A DNA stretch of 64,000 nt, from NCBI GenBank assembly GCA_964016885.1, contig OZ024742.1:154876001-154940000 (forward strand), written 5' to 3'. A program made the position numbers and the translations under genes. Under the pieces are notes generated by a model, which saw only the letters and a program-made list of their open reading frames with translations, was not told the origin of the DNA and did not search any database. This stretch comes from Eledone cirrhosa (lineage: Eukaryota). Positions 40,341 to 54,780 of this stretch are shown piece by piece; within the stretch, counting starts at the first letter, position 1, and each line of letters begins with the position of its first letter.

Positions 40341-41335
40341 CATATATGTACATATGCATGTATGGAAGTATAGATGGATGGAACTCTAACGTCTAATGGA
40401 GTCAGAGGATCACCATCACATTAAACGGTATATTAGGCTCTTCAATCCTGAAGGCGCATATCAGCCTTCCAGATGGGAACAGAGCTGAATTGTTTTCCAG
40501 AGATGGAGCGACAAAGAAATAGTAGTTGAGGCGATGTAAGAAAGTGGAATAGAAGCGAAATGGTCCCAGTACTGTACTGTTACTGTTCTTATCATCTTCG
40601 AAAAAAATTGAAGGCACACTTGATATCTACAGGATCCGACGTTCTAAGGAAAGCCAGCTCGTTGCACTAGAAACTATCTCATATTGAATGGTGCTATTGA
40701 ATGTCACTTGTATTGTACGAGGTAAAATGATAAGGAAAACTTTCATTACGCAGATCATCAACAATTCAGGTGTTGGAAAATTGTAATCAATGACACTACT
40801 GTTCACAAAATAAGACATGAAATAATACAGATTATAGGGTTGAAATTTGAAACCGCATCTTAAATAAACTGACACCATGTTGTTTACTAGTGCACAATCG
40901 GTCGTGACATGTCGAATCAATTCCGAAAAGTTATATATTATTTTATTCGATATATTCATAGGATGGGGAAACCTTAACTCGTTCGTTACTATATTTCTGA
41001 TAAAATGCACTGCAAAATGATAATCCATTCTCATATTGATAAAGTCTATTCTACAGTAGAAGCCAATATCACAATATTTCGTTCAGTACATTGAAATCCA
41101 TTAGACAGTGATTGCGAAGAAGACTTCTTCACTATCAAACTAGGCCCGATCAATATCCATTCATCCCATGAAGTCGAGATGCCATATATATAATTGACGA
41201 GCGTGGGAATTGGGCGTTTGCTTTTGTAAGAATTGTAATGTATAAACAATACAATCGTCGAGTAACGCTGTTGTTCCGTTGTCTTTATCTAGTGTACCGT
41301 CTTTGTTATTCACACACACACAGACACAGACACAT

Positions 41336-41430
<95 letters not shown>

Positions 41431-41434
<4 letters not shown>

Positions 41435-41493
41435 TATGCATGTATACGTACATACATATATGTATACAGACGTACAGTAGCATGCACATATAC

Positions 41494-41524
<31 letters not shown>

Positions 41525-41952
41525 TATACATATGCATACAGGTACACATACATATATGCACGTATCAGTTTAGCGGCGCTAACGTCGCTTTGTTCGTTTG
41601 TAAACAAACTGAACAGCCTGAATTTATGCCATACGGTGTTAAGGCAACCACGTCACCTTTTTGTTCAACACTGACACAGGAACGATGTACTAGTTTCAAG
41701 CTTGTTAGCTATCATCAGCACCGTTTACCCATCTGCCAGATAGTTGAACGTTCGAAAGTATATACTTTCCTTATGAAAATTAACGGCTGAGCAGCCTAAT
41801 TTGCATATTGAGTGAGTTAAATCGGTTAGGCATACCGAAAACGATAAATTGAAACAAAATGAAAACGAAATTTCATTTCTCACTCTTAGTATGGCACTTA
41901 GTATGCCATACTAAGAGTGAGAAATGAAATTTCGTTTTCATTTTGTTTCAAT
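41431..41952 (-). mobile_element. Monomer of the ~415-bp hammerhead unit, capped by a perfect 49-bp hairpin (41848-41896 / 41904-41952)
   Basis: Homologous to 3286-3700; flanked by (TA)n on both sides. Confidence 0.85.
41681..41725 (-). ncRNA. 45-nt minimal type I hammerhead ribozyme
   Basis: Minus strand: AACGGUG-CUGAUGA-UAGCU-AACA-AGCUU-GAAA-CUAG-UA-CAUCGUU; 7-bp stem I; palindromic ACUAGU; GUA cleavage triplet. Confidence 0.85.
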
Positions 41953-41970
41953 ATATATATATACATATAC

Positions 41971-42107
<137 letters not shown>

Positions 42108-42146
42108 CATATACATATATATAGATATATAGATATATATACATAT

Positions 42147-42219
<73 letters not shown>

Positions 42220-42356
42220 CATATATATACATATATATATACATATACAAATATATATACATATATATATATATATACATATATATACATATATATATAT
42301 ATAAATATATATATATACATATATATATAAATATATATATATACATATACATATAA

Positions 42357-42431
<75 letters not shown>

Positions 42432-42590
42432 GGTCTTAGCAAGGAAGCTCAATGTATATATATATATTTCATTCAGAAGATATTGATTAGTGAATCTGAA
42501 GGTGACACATTTGCCTAAAATACTAAGGAGAGAAATGTGACACTGAAACAGGAAACTAAGTACCACTACCATCCCCATCTTTATAAGAAA

Positions 42591-42730
42591 TAATTGTTTC
42601 TACTTTAGGCACAAGGCCAGCAAATTACCCAGTGCATTACTGGTACTTTTATTTTATCGACCCCGTAAGGATGAAAGGCAAAGTCAAACTCGGCGAGATT
42701 TGAACTCAGATCGTAAAGGGACGTAACTAT
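42591..42730 (-). mobile_element. SINE (Deu/Nin-like)
   Basis: GGTACTTTATTTTATCGACCCCGTAAGGATGAAAGGCAAAGTCAA...TTTGAACTCAG. Confidence 0.92.
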
Positions 42731-42962
42731 CTTTATAAGAAATAATATTCTAAATAATGCATAAAATCGTATAGATCATCAAATTATATTGTAACTTATG
42801 AGGGCGCTAACGTATATACTGTCCACGGGAGCTGTAGTTGTTTACTATTTTAATTGAAGAGACAATACTCCAAGATGTTGGGCTTATTATCCTTCGTTTA
42901 TGTATATAGAATGTGTGGGCGTGTATGTATGAACCGATGTAGCTTTTTCGCCCTTTCTCTCT

Positions 42963-43078
<116 letters not shown>

Positions 43079-43218
43079 CTCTCCCTCTCTTTATATATTT
43101 ATATATATGCCTGAATATACATGCAGTTATACATATATACACCCACATACATAATTACAGGTTAACGAATATATATTCACATGCACACACATACATACGT
43201 ATGCCGGTATATATATGA

Positions 43219-43264
<46 letters not shown>

Positions 43265-43370
43265 ACAAAGATATATAAGAATTTCGCACCTCTGTTCCGT
43301 CTTTTGTAACTGACATCGTATGAACTGTGCTTACCGACATCAACAGAGCTAATTCACTGTTTATGAATAA

Positions 43371-43552
43371 TAATTGTTTCTACTTTTGGCACAACGCCAA
43401 CAATTATCCCAGTGTATTACTGGTACTTTATTTTATTGACCCTGTAAGGATGAAAGGCAAAGTTAAACTCGGCGGGATTGGAACTTAGATCATAAAGGGA
43501 CGTAACTACGCTGGAAAGCATGTCTGAATCTTTACCGATACTGCCAATTCAT
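43371..43552 (-). mobile_element. SINE (Deu/Nin-like)
   Basis: Same motifs as 42591-42730. Confidence 0.9.
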
Positions 43553-43766
43553 CAAAAATAACCAGGATTAACATACATTAAATTATTTAGTAGATTTACG
43601 CACGTTTCTATCATTACTGTAGGAAGAACCCTTTTATTTCTCTGAACTGAATTAGTTAGAATCATTAAGCAATATAAAAAAATAAAAAAATTATTTACCT
43701 GCTTTATGTCCGAATATTTCCATTTCTAACATGGAAATAAATTTAAAATATAGTGAAATCTTCTAA

Positions 43767-43873
<107 letters not shown>

Positions 43874-44517
43874 TCAAAAGGGGGCACACAGGTCAAGGCA
43901 ATGGAAAAAAAATCAACGGAAAGTCGAACAGTCGCATCTGTTCATTAGCAAATAACTGCGGTTACGGTACTAAAATCGATACCTCTAATTCCATAACAAA
44001 ATAAGTAGAGACACGTTATACGTTTACGCAAATGACACAACTATAGAGTGCACAAGGGTGTAGCCGAGGAAGAACAATTATAGAAAGGAGAGAAATACTA
44101 AAACAGAAGAAAATATTAAGGATTGTAATCCAACGTGCAATCAAATAATATACAGTTATATTTTAGCCGTATCTGAAATGAATGTATATAAGCAGTTAAG
44201 AAGGAAAAAAAAAACGATAGACTATAAAATGATTAAATAGAATTTTGAGTCGCTAATATTTTATTACTTATATTTATGGACGACGGCGTTATCAACATCT
44301 ATGTGTTTTACAGTTTCATTAATCCTCAAAACGTGTGAAACTTTTAAATATCTCTACGATCCTTACCGCATCAATATATCCACTCAGTCCCCTACTTTGC
44401 ATCGAGTAGTACTATGGCTTGTAGTTTACTCTGTCATGGATTCACAGACACTCCATACATCCACATACGCCCAATCACACGGACACACACATAAATATAT
44501 TCATATGTTATGTATAT

Positions 44518-44658
<141 letters not shown>

Positions 44659-44686
44659 GTATATACAAGCGAACACAGACACACAC

Positions 44687-44732
<46 letters not shown>

Positions 44733-45465
44733 GTGCGTATGTGTATTAGCCCATGTGTATATGGGATACTCATAGCCGTATTTACCGCTGTCCTGCACAG
44801 TTTTTGCCCAATCATATTATGGCTTGCTTTCTAGCATGTTACGTTTTCTGGAAATATATCAATATGTCCCTATCATAATCTATTGAGTTTTTGAAGGGGT
44901 AGGCTTGTAGAGCTGATTTTCATATAATTTGTAATCAACTTAGATGGTTGTTTATCCTGCGGCCAACTCACGTAAAGGTGTTCCAGCCGAGTCCATCTCA
45001 TTAAATTTTTAAACAACGTATCTAAGTCTGTCAACTTATTTTCCTGTTAATATTGTGTGGCCTCAGGTGGTGTTGTCTCTCTACAGGAGATGAACATGTT
45101 GTTGAAGCTGACTTGGTGGCATGTAAACAATGTTAAGTAATTGAGAGAGAAAATATATTTTTGTATATACCAACACAGTAAGTGGGACTAAATTCTGTAA
45201 AGTATACTAAAAGAACATTATTTGTTATGCAGTGTTACCATTGCTGAAATATATCAGTAGTGCCTACTGTGTTTCGGTTATAATGCTATATGTATAGCCT
45301 GTTCCAACCATTCTCTCTCTCGCTATCTGTCACTCTATGTATAACGTACGTTTGCATAGATAGATATGGTTGTGTGACATCTAAATCATATGTTTGTGTA
45401 TGTGTGTGTTATGGTAAGTATTCCTGCAATATGCATTGATACGTATATATAAGAAAACACAAACA

Positions 45466-45519
<54 letters not shown>

Positions 45520-45984
45520 TAGTAAATATATAGTAAATGGACGTGTATGACAGATTGAGGCGGGTAAGTAATTTTGCCGGCATGAACATGAGGAGGGTGG
45601 CGTACGTCATGTATTAAGATGTCTCTTGTCCTCTTAACGCTAAGAAAACTAAAAAAACAATGCTTTGGTTCAAGAGACCATGGATATTTTCGGACGGAAA
45701 TAAATCTAAACGTAAGACGAGGCTATAAAGTAAATCAATGTTTATAAATGGCATTAAGATTTTATTGAAATAGTTAAGAAACTAGAAATAGTTTTTGAGA
45801 TGTAATAGCTAAATAAAGCGGTGAAATTAGCATAATAGTTAGAGCGTCAGATTTAATGCATTCAACCTTACTTCTGTCTCTCCACACTCCTTTATAGACG
45901 CTACCAGCATTTATGCTTTTTACCTACGATAACATTAATCTAGGATGGTGGAATCACGAAAGGGCAAAGTTGTTAGGGCAGGGT

Positions 45985-46375
45985 TGTTAGGGCGCCGGAC
46001 AGCATTATTTATGGCATGTAGTTACGAATTGAGTTCAAATCTTGCCGAGGTTAGCTTTGCTTGTTACTGGTGCTTTAATGTATCTATCCCGTGTGGGATA
46101 CATACATTAAAGCACCAGTAACACGCTGGGGTTGTTTTAAACGATTTTCCCGTCCCCAAAATTGTCTGCCTTGCGCTGAAATCAGGAACACTTTTTTTTC
46201 TCCCAGCTCAGGGCGGCGTGTTGGCAGAGTTTTTATTGCGTCAGACAAATGCATATCAGTATCTTTTCTAGCTCTATACATTCTGGGTTCCAATTTCGCC
46301 ATGATCAAATTTGCATGTCACCCTTTCAATATCCATAGAATAGTACCAGTCAAGTACAGGGTTCGATTTAAATGA
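45985..46375 (+). mobile_element. Two adjacent decayed SINE copies
   Basis: GAGTTCAAATCTTGCCGAGGTTAGCTTTGC; GGGCGGCGTGTTGGCAGA...TTCTGGGTTCCAATTTCGCC...GTACCAGT. Confidence 0.65.
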
Positions 46376-46889
46376 CTGACACTCTTTCCAATTAATTTAT
46401 TATATGTTCGTTCTCTATACGTCCTTACTCTACCTATAATGAAATTGTTACCAAGATATAACGACACTTACTTTTTTCCTTGGATAGTATTAATGGCTTA
46501 GTATAAGGAAACGTTCGTCATACGTAACGCTTATTCTTCCAGAAAACATCTTGACCAGGCAGCTTTCTCATGTGATGAACATTCCCCATGCTTGATCTGA
46601 TCGAAAGCAATATTATATTTATAAATAAGAAGCAAGTATAATCAATACTTGTATTAGTGTTGAGTCACTCATAAAACATTCTTGTCATAATCTTCGTGTT
46701 CCATGTCTTGTGTTTCTTTAAAATAATTACTGGTAACATGTCTTAAGGTTATCATGCTTAGAAACATATAAGTAAACATAAATGATATGTTTATTTACAA
46801 TAAACGTACATACATCTGGCTGTATGTATTTTAAGCAATGTCACAGCTAACTCAGTAAGATGGGGAAAGTCAAAATAATATATTTTCAG

Positions 46890-46922
46890 TATCTTATGTG
46901 ACATATCCGCGTTCGATACTTG
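46890..46922 (+). CDS. 33-nt symmetric (phase 1-1) coding microexon, (V)SYVTYPRSIL; probable next exon of the signal-peptide gene
   Basis: Acceptor TATTTTCAG|, donor TG|GTAAGT; open in the frame set by the 15016 donor; lies in TE-poor sequence. Confidence 0.6.
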
Positions 46923-49817
46923 GTAAGTAAGTTGATTATTTATATGTATATTTCTGGTGATAAATCATTTATGGAGATTTGCCTTTGCAAATATAGTGTG
47001 ATTCAGAATAGAGGAGTATATTGAATCTTATACGATACATATTTATGTAAAATAAATATATATAATTCTCGCATTGGGTAATTCAAGAGGAGCTCATTTC
47101 TTAACTACCTTAATAACTGTGCGAGATTGCTAACCACTAATATTTCAAGATTTTACTAAAGCTCCAGTGATGGTTACCGATTATTTACTGAGGTAGATAA
47201 TTTTATGTGTAGATTTGTGTTAATAATACATAAGTGTATATAGTAGCGGACATCACGGCTTGGTAATAAACGGCAGTAACTCTAACACAATGTGATTCAG
47301 AACAGAGTCCTATATGGATTGTATTATTCGTGAAAACCATTATATAATCTATCAGATTATCAACTTCTATACCAATTGGACAAACGCCATTGAAGGAGAT
47401 AATGTTAAATCTTTAACAGAAATATTAGCAATTTATTTATTTTCATCTTATATTTACATTTTCTTCACATAATGGAGCCAAACTTAGCAAATGTGCCCGA
47501 TTAGAGTATCTTCAATAAACCGCTATTATGATGGGTTAATCAAAGCATCAAACCTCATCTACTTTCACATAAAAAAAGAGATGTCTGTATTCCTCAAATT
47601 GTATGAACTGCTGTTTTGGGGTTTCTTAACACTTTTATGTTTTATTTCATGAGATCAAAGAATCGTTCGATCAGTGACATGGTTTTGTTGAAAAAACAAA
47701 ATATTTATGATGCGAAAATTTAGAAGTAATATAGATCGCGGAGAATTGAATAGTTTGATATGAAGCATAGAAAGAGTTTTAGATCTGAGTCTGTTTAAAA
47801 TATAAATTAAGTCAACGCCCTCGGAAATATCTGACTCAAATTAAATTTATTTTCTTAACAAATAAAATAAAATAAACAACTCAACCTTGAGTAATACAGG
47901 ACAGGGTACGATGTTTCGCTGAATCGAATATGCATCCATCAGTCTAAACAACATACATAGTTATTTCTATAGCGGTTAATTCGGCCTGAATTAATATTCG
48001 ATTCAATGAGTGTTGATGACAAAAAAAAATCAAAAAAACATTGAATGCTTCCTACTCGCTGTTTAAGTGTTAGTCTGCCTCGTGGTCTCGATAGCTAGGA
48101 TGGGGAAGATATTGCTATAGGAAATATGATGTGAACGTGCATAGGCTCCCGCATCGTTGTGTGTGCGAGTGTCTGCAAATGCTTGTATGTTAAACTATTT
48201 GTGTGTATATCTTTGAAACAGCTATACTGTGTCGGATGTAAGTGAAAGTGTCACGTATATAATATTTTCTGAAAATTTGTTCGGTTATGATTCCAAAAGT
48301 GTTCAGCCCTAAATCATCCTGCATTTAAGATCACACATTCCAAATTGTCCTTTATTGTAAAGATAGTGAGTGGTTTTAGAGGAATCTCATTTCTATTTCT
48401 AGCAGATTGAGCAATCGTGTAAAGAATCTTCCATTGGCCAATATAGTTCCGGGTATATATATTAGTATAATTATGAAAAAAGTAAATTTGGGCGTGTTCA
48501 TTGATGTTTGTGAGTAATTAGCTTGTTTAAGCCATTTGCTGTATATGTGTGGGGATGGGGTGCAGTTTATTCTAAATGTGCATGTTTTGTGTTGTATGGG
48601 CTGTAAGTGAGTGAGTGTTGTGCGGGCGTCTGCACATTAGGTTCTAATATACGGATAAAATCAGATGAGACTTACAAAATAGAATGGCAGTGTAGGTCAT
48701 ATTTTGTAGTTAAATTATGGCGGATCTAATTGGCTACGACTCTCTTTAACATATGTCCTCAATTTTGAGTCTGTCTTCGTATTATAGAACCAATTCCGAA
48801 ACTGAATTAATTTACGCTCGTTAAGCGATGCACATAGAGACACACGCATGCGCACCGTGTGTGTATGTGTGTGTGAGTTTGATATATAAACGTGAGAAAA
48901 TGTACTCAAGTAATGTAGATATTATCGTCTGAAGTATCTGTCTTAATAAATTGTGAGTAGATAAATATACATAGATGGAAGGATGGGTGGATAGATAGAC
49001 AGATAGATATTTTTCTTTATTTGCCACAGGGGCGTACAAAAATGGGACATTACAACACGTGACGACGGGGGTTTTACATAAAAATGATAGCCAGATAGAT
49101 AGATAGTGTGATTGCATTGATATAAGAAAGTATCGGAATGCACTACGAAATAAACAACCGAAAGAGAGTGGGGGAGGGAGGAAAAGAGTGAGAGAAAGAT
49201 GGAGAGAGAAGGACAGTTTTTAGTAACACGGAGAGAGAAAGAGAAAACGAACGAATGCATCGTGAATTTTACCAAGAAAAAAATCGAATAAAATCTAGAC
49301 AAAAAAAATAAGCTCTATGAGATAATGGGAGCGGGTAAATTTATGAGTTTAAGGTCAAAGATGAGAAAGAGAGGAAGACGTTGTGAGACGGAAAATTAAA
49401 GGAGGTTGTGGCGGAAATGAACGACATGTGTAGTGATGTGAGAAACAGGCAGTGAGGCCTGGACTAGTTGCTTCTTTTATTTTGTTTTGTTTGGATTTTC
49501 TATTTTTGTGGATGCCGACTGACTGATTAATCAACACACGTACAGTGGCAATCACTAACATACACATAGACACACACATACAGACATATAGACAGATACA
49601 TATACACACACCATTTTCGTGGGTTTTTTTCTTTGTTTTTTACTGATACACACATGAATGGCTGGAGACATTATTCTTTTCATGTGCATACAGATAAACA
49701 AGTAAATACAACAATGGATATACGTCGGTTTTCATGATGATTATTCCAGTTGTTCCATCACCTAAATTTTGTTTGTATGTCATGAACAATAGTTAGAGAG
49801 GCAGGCTGCTACCTGCG

Positions 49818-50020
49818 AGTCACACCAAAGCGTCATTTGCAGCATCATGGTTATCCTCCAGACTGCCGGGAACATATCTGAGGGAGCAGTCTCGAACAAC
49901 ATGCATTAATGTCTGGTTAGCGACGCCACAGTCACATTCAGGACTGTCTTGCGTGTTCCATTGATGGAGATGATGGGTTGTCCAGGCATGTATTGTGCGG
50001 ATCCGATTAAGGGACACCTA
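49818..50020 (-). pseudogene. LINE (Ingi/Vingi- or I-like) C-terminal CCHC fragment
   Basis: LNRIRT..AW..HHLHQW...DSPECDCG..NQTLMHVVRDC. Confidence 0.75.
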
Positions 50021-50504
50021 TTGCTTCCTGGGAATGCCGAAGACAGATAGGTTAGATGTAGAGTTCTAGACGATATATATACCCATTGCTTATATATGCT
50101 CGATATATGCACATATTGTACGATCAACTAACTGAATTGTCTATTCATTTACTTATAATGGGACCGGATATTCTTCAAATATTTGTACCCTTAACATAAT
50201 TTACAGGCAGATTCATGGGAACCCAGTTGGTCACATGCTTGGCTCTTTTATTTAGTTAAAGGTTCAGTTGATATGACGAGCACACATACTGTTTCCTTTT
50301 ATAGAAATTTACTCATTAGGTTTAGGTCGACACAAATCTGTAATATACGAACTTGCTAAAGAAGACACAATGTAGTATTGGAACTGCGTCTTTTGAATTT
50401 TAAAGAGCACGTCTTTATCATTCCGTTATGCCGATCCGGTGGTTAAGATATTCATACGTATACACGATCACAGATCATCCCAAAATAGCAATGGAGGCCC
50501 ACGG

Positions 50505-50800
50505 TCGTTTCCATGGATGAGTGCTCCCCTTGATTAAATCAACGAGATTGCGCTTTCCTGAAATTAACATGTAAGTGACTGAGCATTGCACAGAAACACA
50601 CTTTTAACGTAGTTCTAAGCAAGTTTCAGACTGGTATAACGTGTGACATGGCTGGCCCCTTGAATAACATTTACAACTATCTTCGCCGGCAGGGTGGATT
50701 GGAGCAACGTGAAATATATTCTCTTGTTCCAGGACACAATGAAATAACGATCTTACTATTGTAAACCAAACAACATAACCGTTAATCTAGGCACATTCAC
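50505..50800 (-). mobile_element. Decayed tRNA-SINE, same family as 3985-4130
   Basis: GGAGCAACGTGAAATA....CTTGTTCCAGGACACAA matches 4012-4048. Confidence 0.7.
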
Positions 50801-50937
50801 CGCAAATAACAATACACACAGAAACCCGCGGATACTAATATGCACTCGTCTATTATATAGAATGAAACTCCTATGTAAATACATAGGTGTAAACACTTCA
50901 AACTCTTCACCTATTTACACATACAGTTTACAACAAT

Positions 50938-51003
<66 letters not shown>

Positions 51004-51080
51004 CTATGCGTGTGTGTGTGTGCGTGAATAAATACATATATGTTTATAAATATATATATAATTATATATATATACATATT

Positions 51081-51204
51081 TAATATAGATATGGCTTCTG
51101 TAGGACGAGATCGGTTTCAATCGAAGGAAATGATAACAAAAACCTTTCCGATGATAATCTTCGAATGAAACAGTTCCAGTCCTGTAGAAGCCATTTCTAT
51201 ATTA
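51081..51204. repeat. Small palindrome formed from two hammerhead-like 3' halves
   Basis: TAATATAGATATGGCTTCTGTAGGAC / GTCCTGTAGAAGCCATTTCTATATTA; each strand has GAAAC...GUC but no convincing core or stem I. Confidence 0.75.
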
Positions 51205-51237
51205 ATTAGTTATACTCTGGTTACCCCCGATTGGACC

Positions 51238-51319
<82 letters not shown>

Positions 51320-51800
51320 ATATTTCAACGATGGGCAATCAGCGGTTCTATCAACTGATCTCGCAACATCCGAAATAAGGATTTATTGTCTGAGTAATTC
51401 AAATACACATATCCCAAAAGAAATTCCCAAAAGGAAGTATTAAATTAAGGGTACATTATTTCGGACGGACTACCACACAGTTTTTTCATTATTCATTTTA
51501 CGCGAAAAGCTTTAGTTGTCTTTGACATCGACAAATCACTTGCACACGATGCTAAAAACTCTTTTGCAAAATCCTCGCAAAGCGAAATTGTTGATATTGC
51601 AGCAATGCATAACTACTTCATATCTATATACTTTGATATGAGTCGAAGACCAAGCTTCTAAGCAATCAGTCTACCTACTAGATATAACATCCAAGTCAAT
51701 TTTAATTGCAATTAAAGACAATGTGAATTACATCTACATAGAATGTTAGTATGTGCTTTAACAACATAGACAATTTAAATATGATACATATAACACGTGA

Positions 51801-51988
51801 CTGTTTCTACTTTGGGCACAAGGCCAGCAATTGTCCCAGTGCGTTACTGGTGGTTTATTTTATTGACCGCGTAAGGATGAAAGGCAAAGTTAACCTCGGC
51901 GGGATTTGAACTCAGAACATAAAGGGCCATAACGCTATGCTGCAAAGCGTCGCGTCGACCCTCTACCTATTCTGCCAATACATCGCCT
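51801..51988 (-). mobile_element. SINE (Deu/Nin-like), near full length
   Basis: GTAAGGATGAAAGGCAAAGTTAACCTCGGCGGGATTTGAACTCAGAAC...TCTGCCAATACATCGCC. Confidence 0.92.
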
Positions 51989-54027
51989 GTATACATAAAT
52001 ACATATAAATCATAACGAGAAACTTTAGGTGGTTGATCACTTAGCTATAACTAACAACCAAATCTCTGTATTGAATATTGATCTTTGTAGAAAATGTGTT
52101 ACGATATTCAGCTCTTATTGAAAAGCGTGATAGTCGTAGTTGGAACGAGTTTGCTAACCTGGTGCTATATAACACAGCATCTATCACACACGCTGTATGT
52201 GCATGTGCTATGTATGTTTGCGCCTGCCTATATCATTGAAGCATCGCTAGACTCTATTACTCCAACCAAACAAAATGCACACACACACAAACATATATAC
52301 GCAAATGCACACACACACAAACATAAATACGCATCGTATTACACAAATACACTGACAAACACACACACACATATATGTGTGTGCATGTGTGTATGTTTGT
52401 GTAGGTGAGTGTGTATGCGTATGTGTGTATGTGTGTGTGTGTGTCCGTGTCTGTGTCAGTGTGTTTGTGTAATACGCGTAATGCCTTCTATAACACAGCT
52501 CAAACCTCCAGCACCACATACAGAGACTGTTAATATAAATTTGACATGGTTCTCGACAACATAAACAAACATGCGAATACTTGTCTTATTTATGCGATGC
52601 CCTGCAGTTAGATTTGTTTTGCTATGCAGTAAACAACCACATACTTACATCTGAATTTTTGTTTAACGTAGCAGCGCTATTTAGCAAAGTTATTACTATA
52701 ATATTCCTTTTAATTCATGTTTCATATTTCTGAGTCTCATCTTTCGAATTTGGATTTGCATAGTCTCTGCTCTGAGTCTTCACATCCACATGAGTTCAAC
52801 TGTATTTTTCATCATTTACGGAGTTGATACATTAAGGGTACCCATACGTGTTGGTTGATTGTCGGATTTGTACGAGACCTATGTAGTACATATTTCGGTA
52901 GTTATTCAAGCTTTTTCTGTTCTGAATTCAACGACCACTGAGGTATATTTTGCTTATCATGCTTTCGAGTTCGATAAAATGAAGTACTGGCCCCGGGAAA
53001 AGGACCGACATAAATTATTGGAACTGTTGGATGACCCAATTTTACTCAAAATTTACTGGCAGAAGAGAAATAAATGTATGTTATGTAAGCTTTTTATTTA
53101 TTTTTGCAGAAAAATATCACTGTAGAGTATGTTCTTGTGCATGCGTTTGTTAAATGAATACTGAAACATCTAGTTTGTGAATATTTTGTAAATAAATGTG
53201 CATTAGCATAGTTAATAAACACATTTGGTCTCACTTATTATGGATGTGGCTACCTGTTACTTATTGCTTGTTCATCATTAATATTTTCTTCAAAGAAAGA
53301 CGGAAGTATACTACTATATATGAAAGCTATGAGAGAGCGACAGGCACATATTTTATTAACACATATCAACACATCGTTGTTTTTTTTCTGATACAAAATA
53401 AGCGTCGCTATTACTGATAGGCAAATTAGAAACATTTGCGGCTCCTCATATCTTCGTTTGCGGCTGCTCATATAATCGTAGATAGTTGTAAACTAATCTC
53501 TCTTACGTTCCGAGGAAGCAAAGACCAGCAGTGAGCAGAATCTAGTCGAGTTGTAGTGCAGTTCCTTTTATATTAAGAGCCTTGTGCTTTATTCAAGAAA
53601 TCCATTTTATAGAGGATAAAGCTTGCACGTATTTTTTTTTAAACCCTACCCTCTCTCTCTATCTATCAATCTATCTATCTATCTATATATATATCTCGCT
53701 CTCTCTATCTATCTATCTATCTATATATTTATATATATGTGTGTGTGTACACACATTTATTTACATAAATAACTATATATTTGCATTAGCTACATAATTT
53801 CACTATGGCTGGGTATCTATACACAGACACACACACAAACACTCAAAACATGAACATGTAATTAATGCTATGCTTGTAGTTAAAAGGTTAAGATAGCAAT
53901 ATATAAAATTACAACAAAACATATAAACATTTCACACCAAACAGTTTTTTTCCAAAATGGTATCAGCGATATATTGTTTTAATGTTATCCTCTGTTTTGT
54001 TTGCTGTTGCTCCTCTGTGTGGGTGAA

Positions 54028-54143
54028 CTGAAAGAGAGCGTATGTGTGTGGGGGAGAGTGAAAGTGAGCGTATGTGTGTGGGCGGAATGAAAGAGAGCGT
54101 GTGTGTGTGTGTGGGCGGGAATGACAGAGAGCGCATGTGTGTC
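54028..54143. repeat. ~29-34 bp minisatellite x4 (GAAAGAGAGCGTATGTGTGTGGG)
   Basis: Visible tandem units. Confidence 0.85.
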
Positions 54144-54646
54144 AGAGTAAGTGTGTGCTTAAGTGTGTGATTTATAGATGTTTTTATTGACGTGGCTGCT
54201 TAATCCCAGGTCAGATCTATTCACGTAAGTCAGGTCAATGATCAAAGACTTTTCAGCATAGAAAACATCGTGCATTCTTTTTTCTAGACATGGTGCGTGG
54301 ATCAGTCAGTGTGTACTTCAGTTTTATTACGAAAGTAGCAAAGTAATTTCGTATGATTTGGCTTCGGTTTCTAGCAAATTGAACGACTGCGAATATCCCC
54401 ACGCTCTTTAGATGATATTATTCAAGGTGCTTATCTGCTAGATTTACAGCCGGTGATGGTATGGCTGTAATTAGCGCTTCGGCAGAAATGTATAGATTCT
54501 TCTCTCTATGCACTGACTTAAAATTCAGCCGAATTCAACTTTCATACGATCAACGTCGACCAATAATCGGCGTTGAGTTATCGGAATATTTTGACCGGTG
54601 TTTGTTCCAGTACTCACGTTCTGAATATTAATTATGGTCCACATAA

Positions 54647-54780
54647 GGGCAGTGGATTGGCAGAATGAGTAGAGCGTCGGACAACATGTTTCGTGGCATA
54701 GAGTTATTACCCTTTATTATTTCAAATCTGCGCGAGCTTAGCTTTGTTGTTGGCCTTGTGCTTAACACTGAAATCAGTAA
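54647..54780 (+). mobile_element. Internally deleted SINE
   Basis: GGGCAGTGGATTGGCAGAATGAGTAGAGCGTCGGACA matches the head at 6306. Confidence 0.8.

Noticed and set aside
40627-41034. 135-aa minus-strand ORF as a gene
   Set aside because: No recognisable domain or splice context; composition resembles antisense or random AT-rich sequence
45087-45125. Possible 36-nt exon after CTCTCTACAG
   Set aside because: Weak donor and lies within a decayed copy of the dispersed repeat
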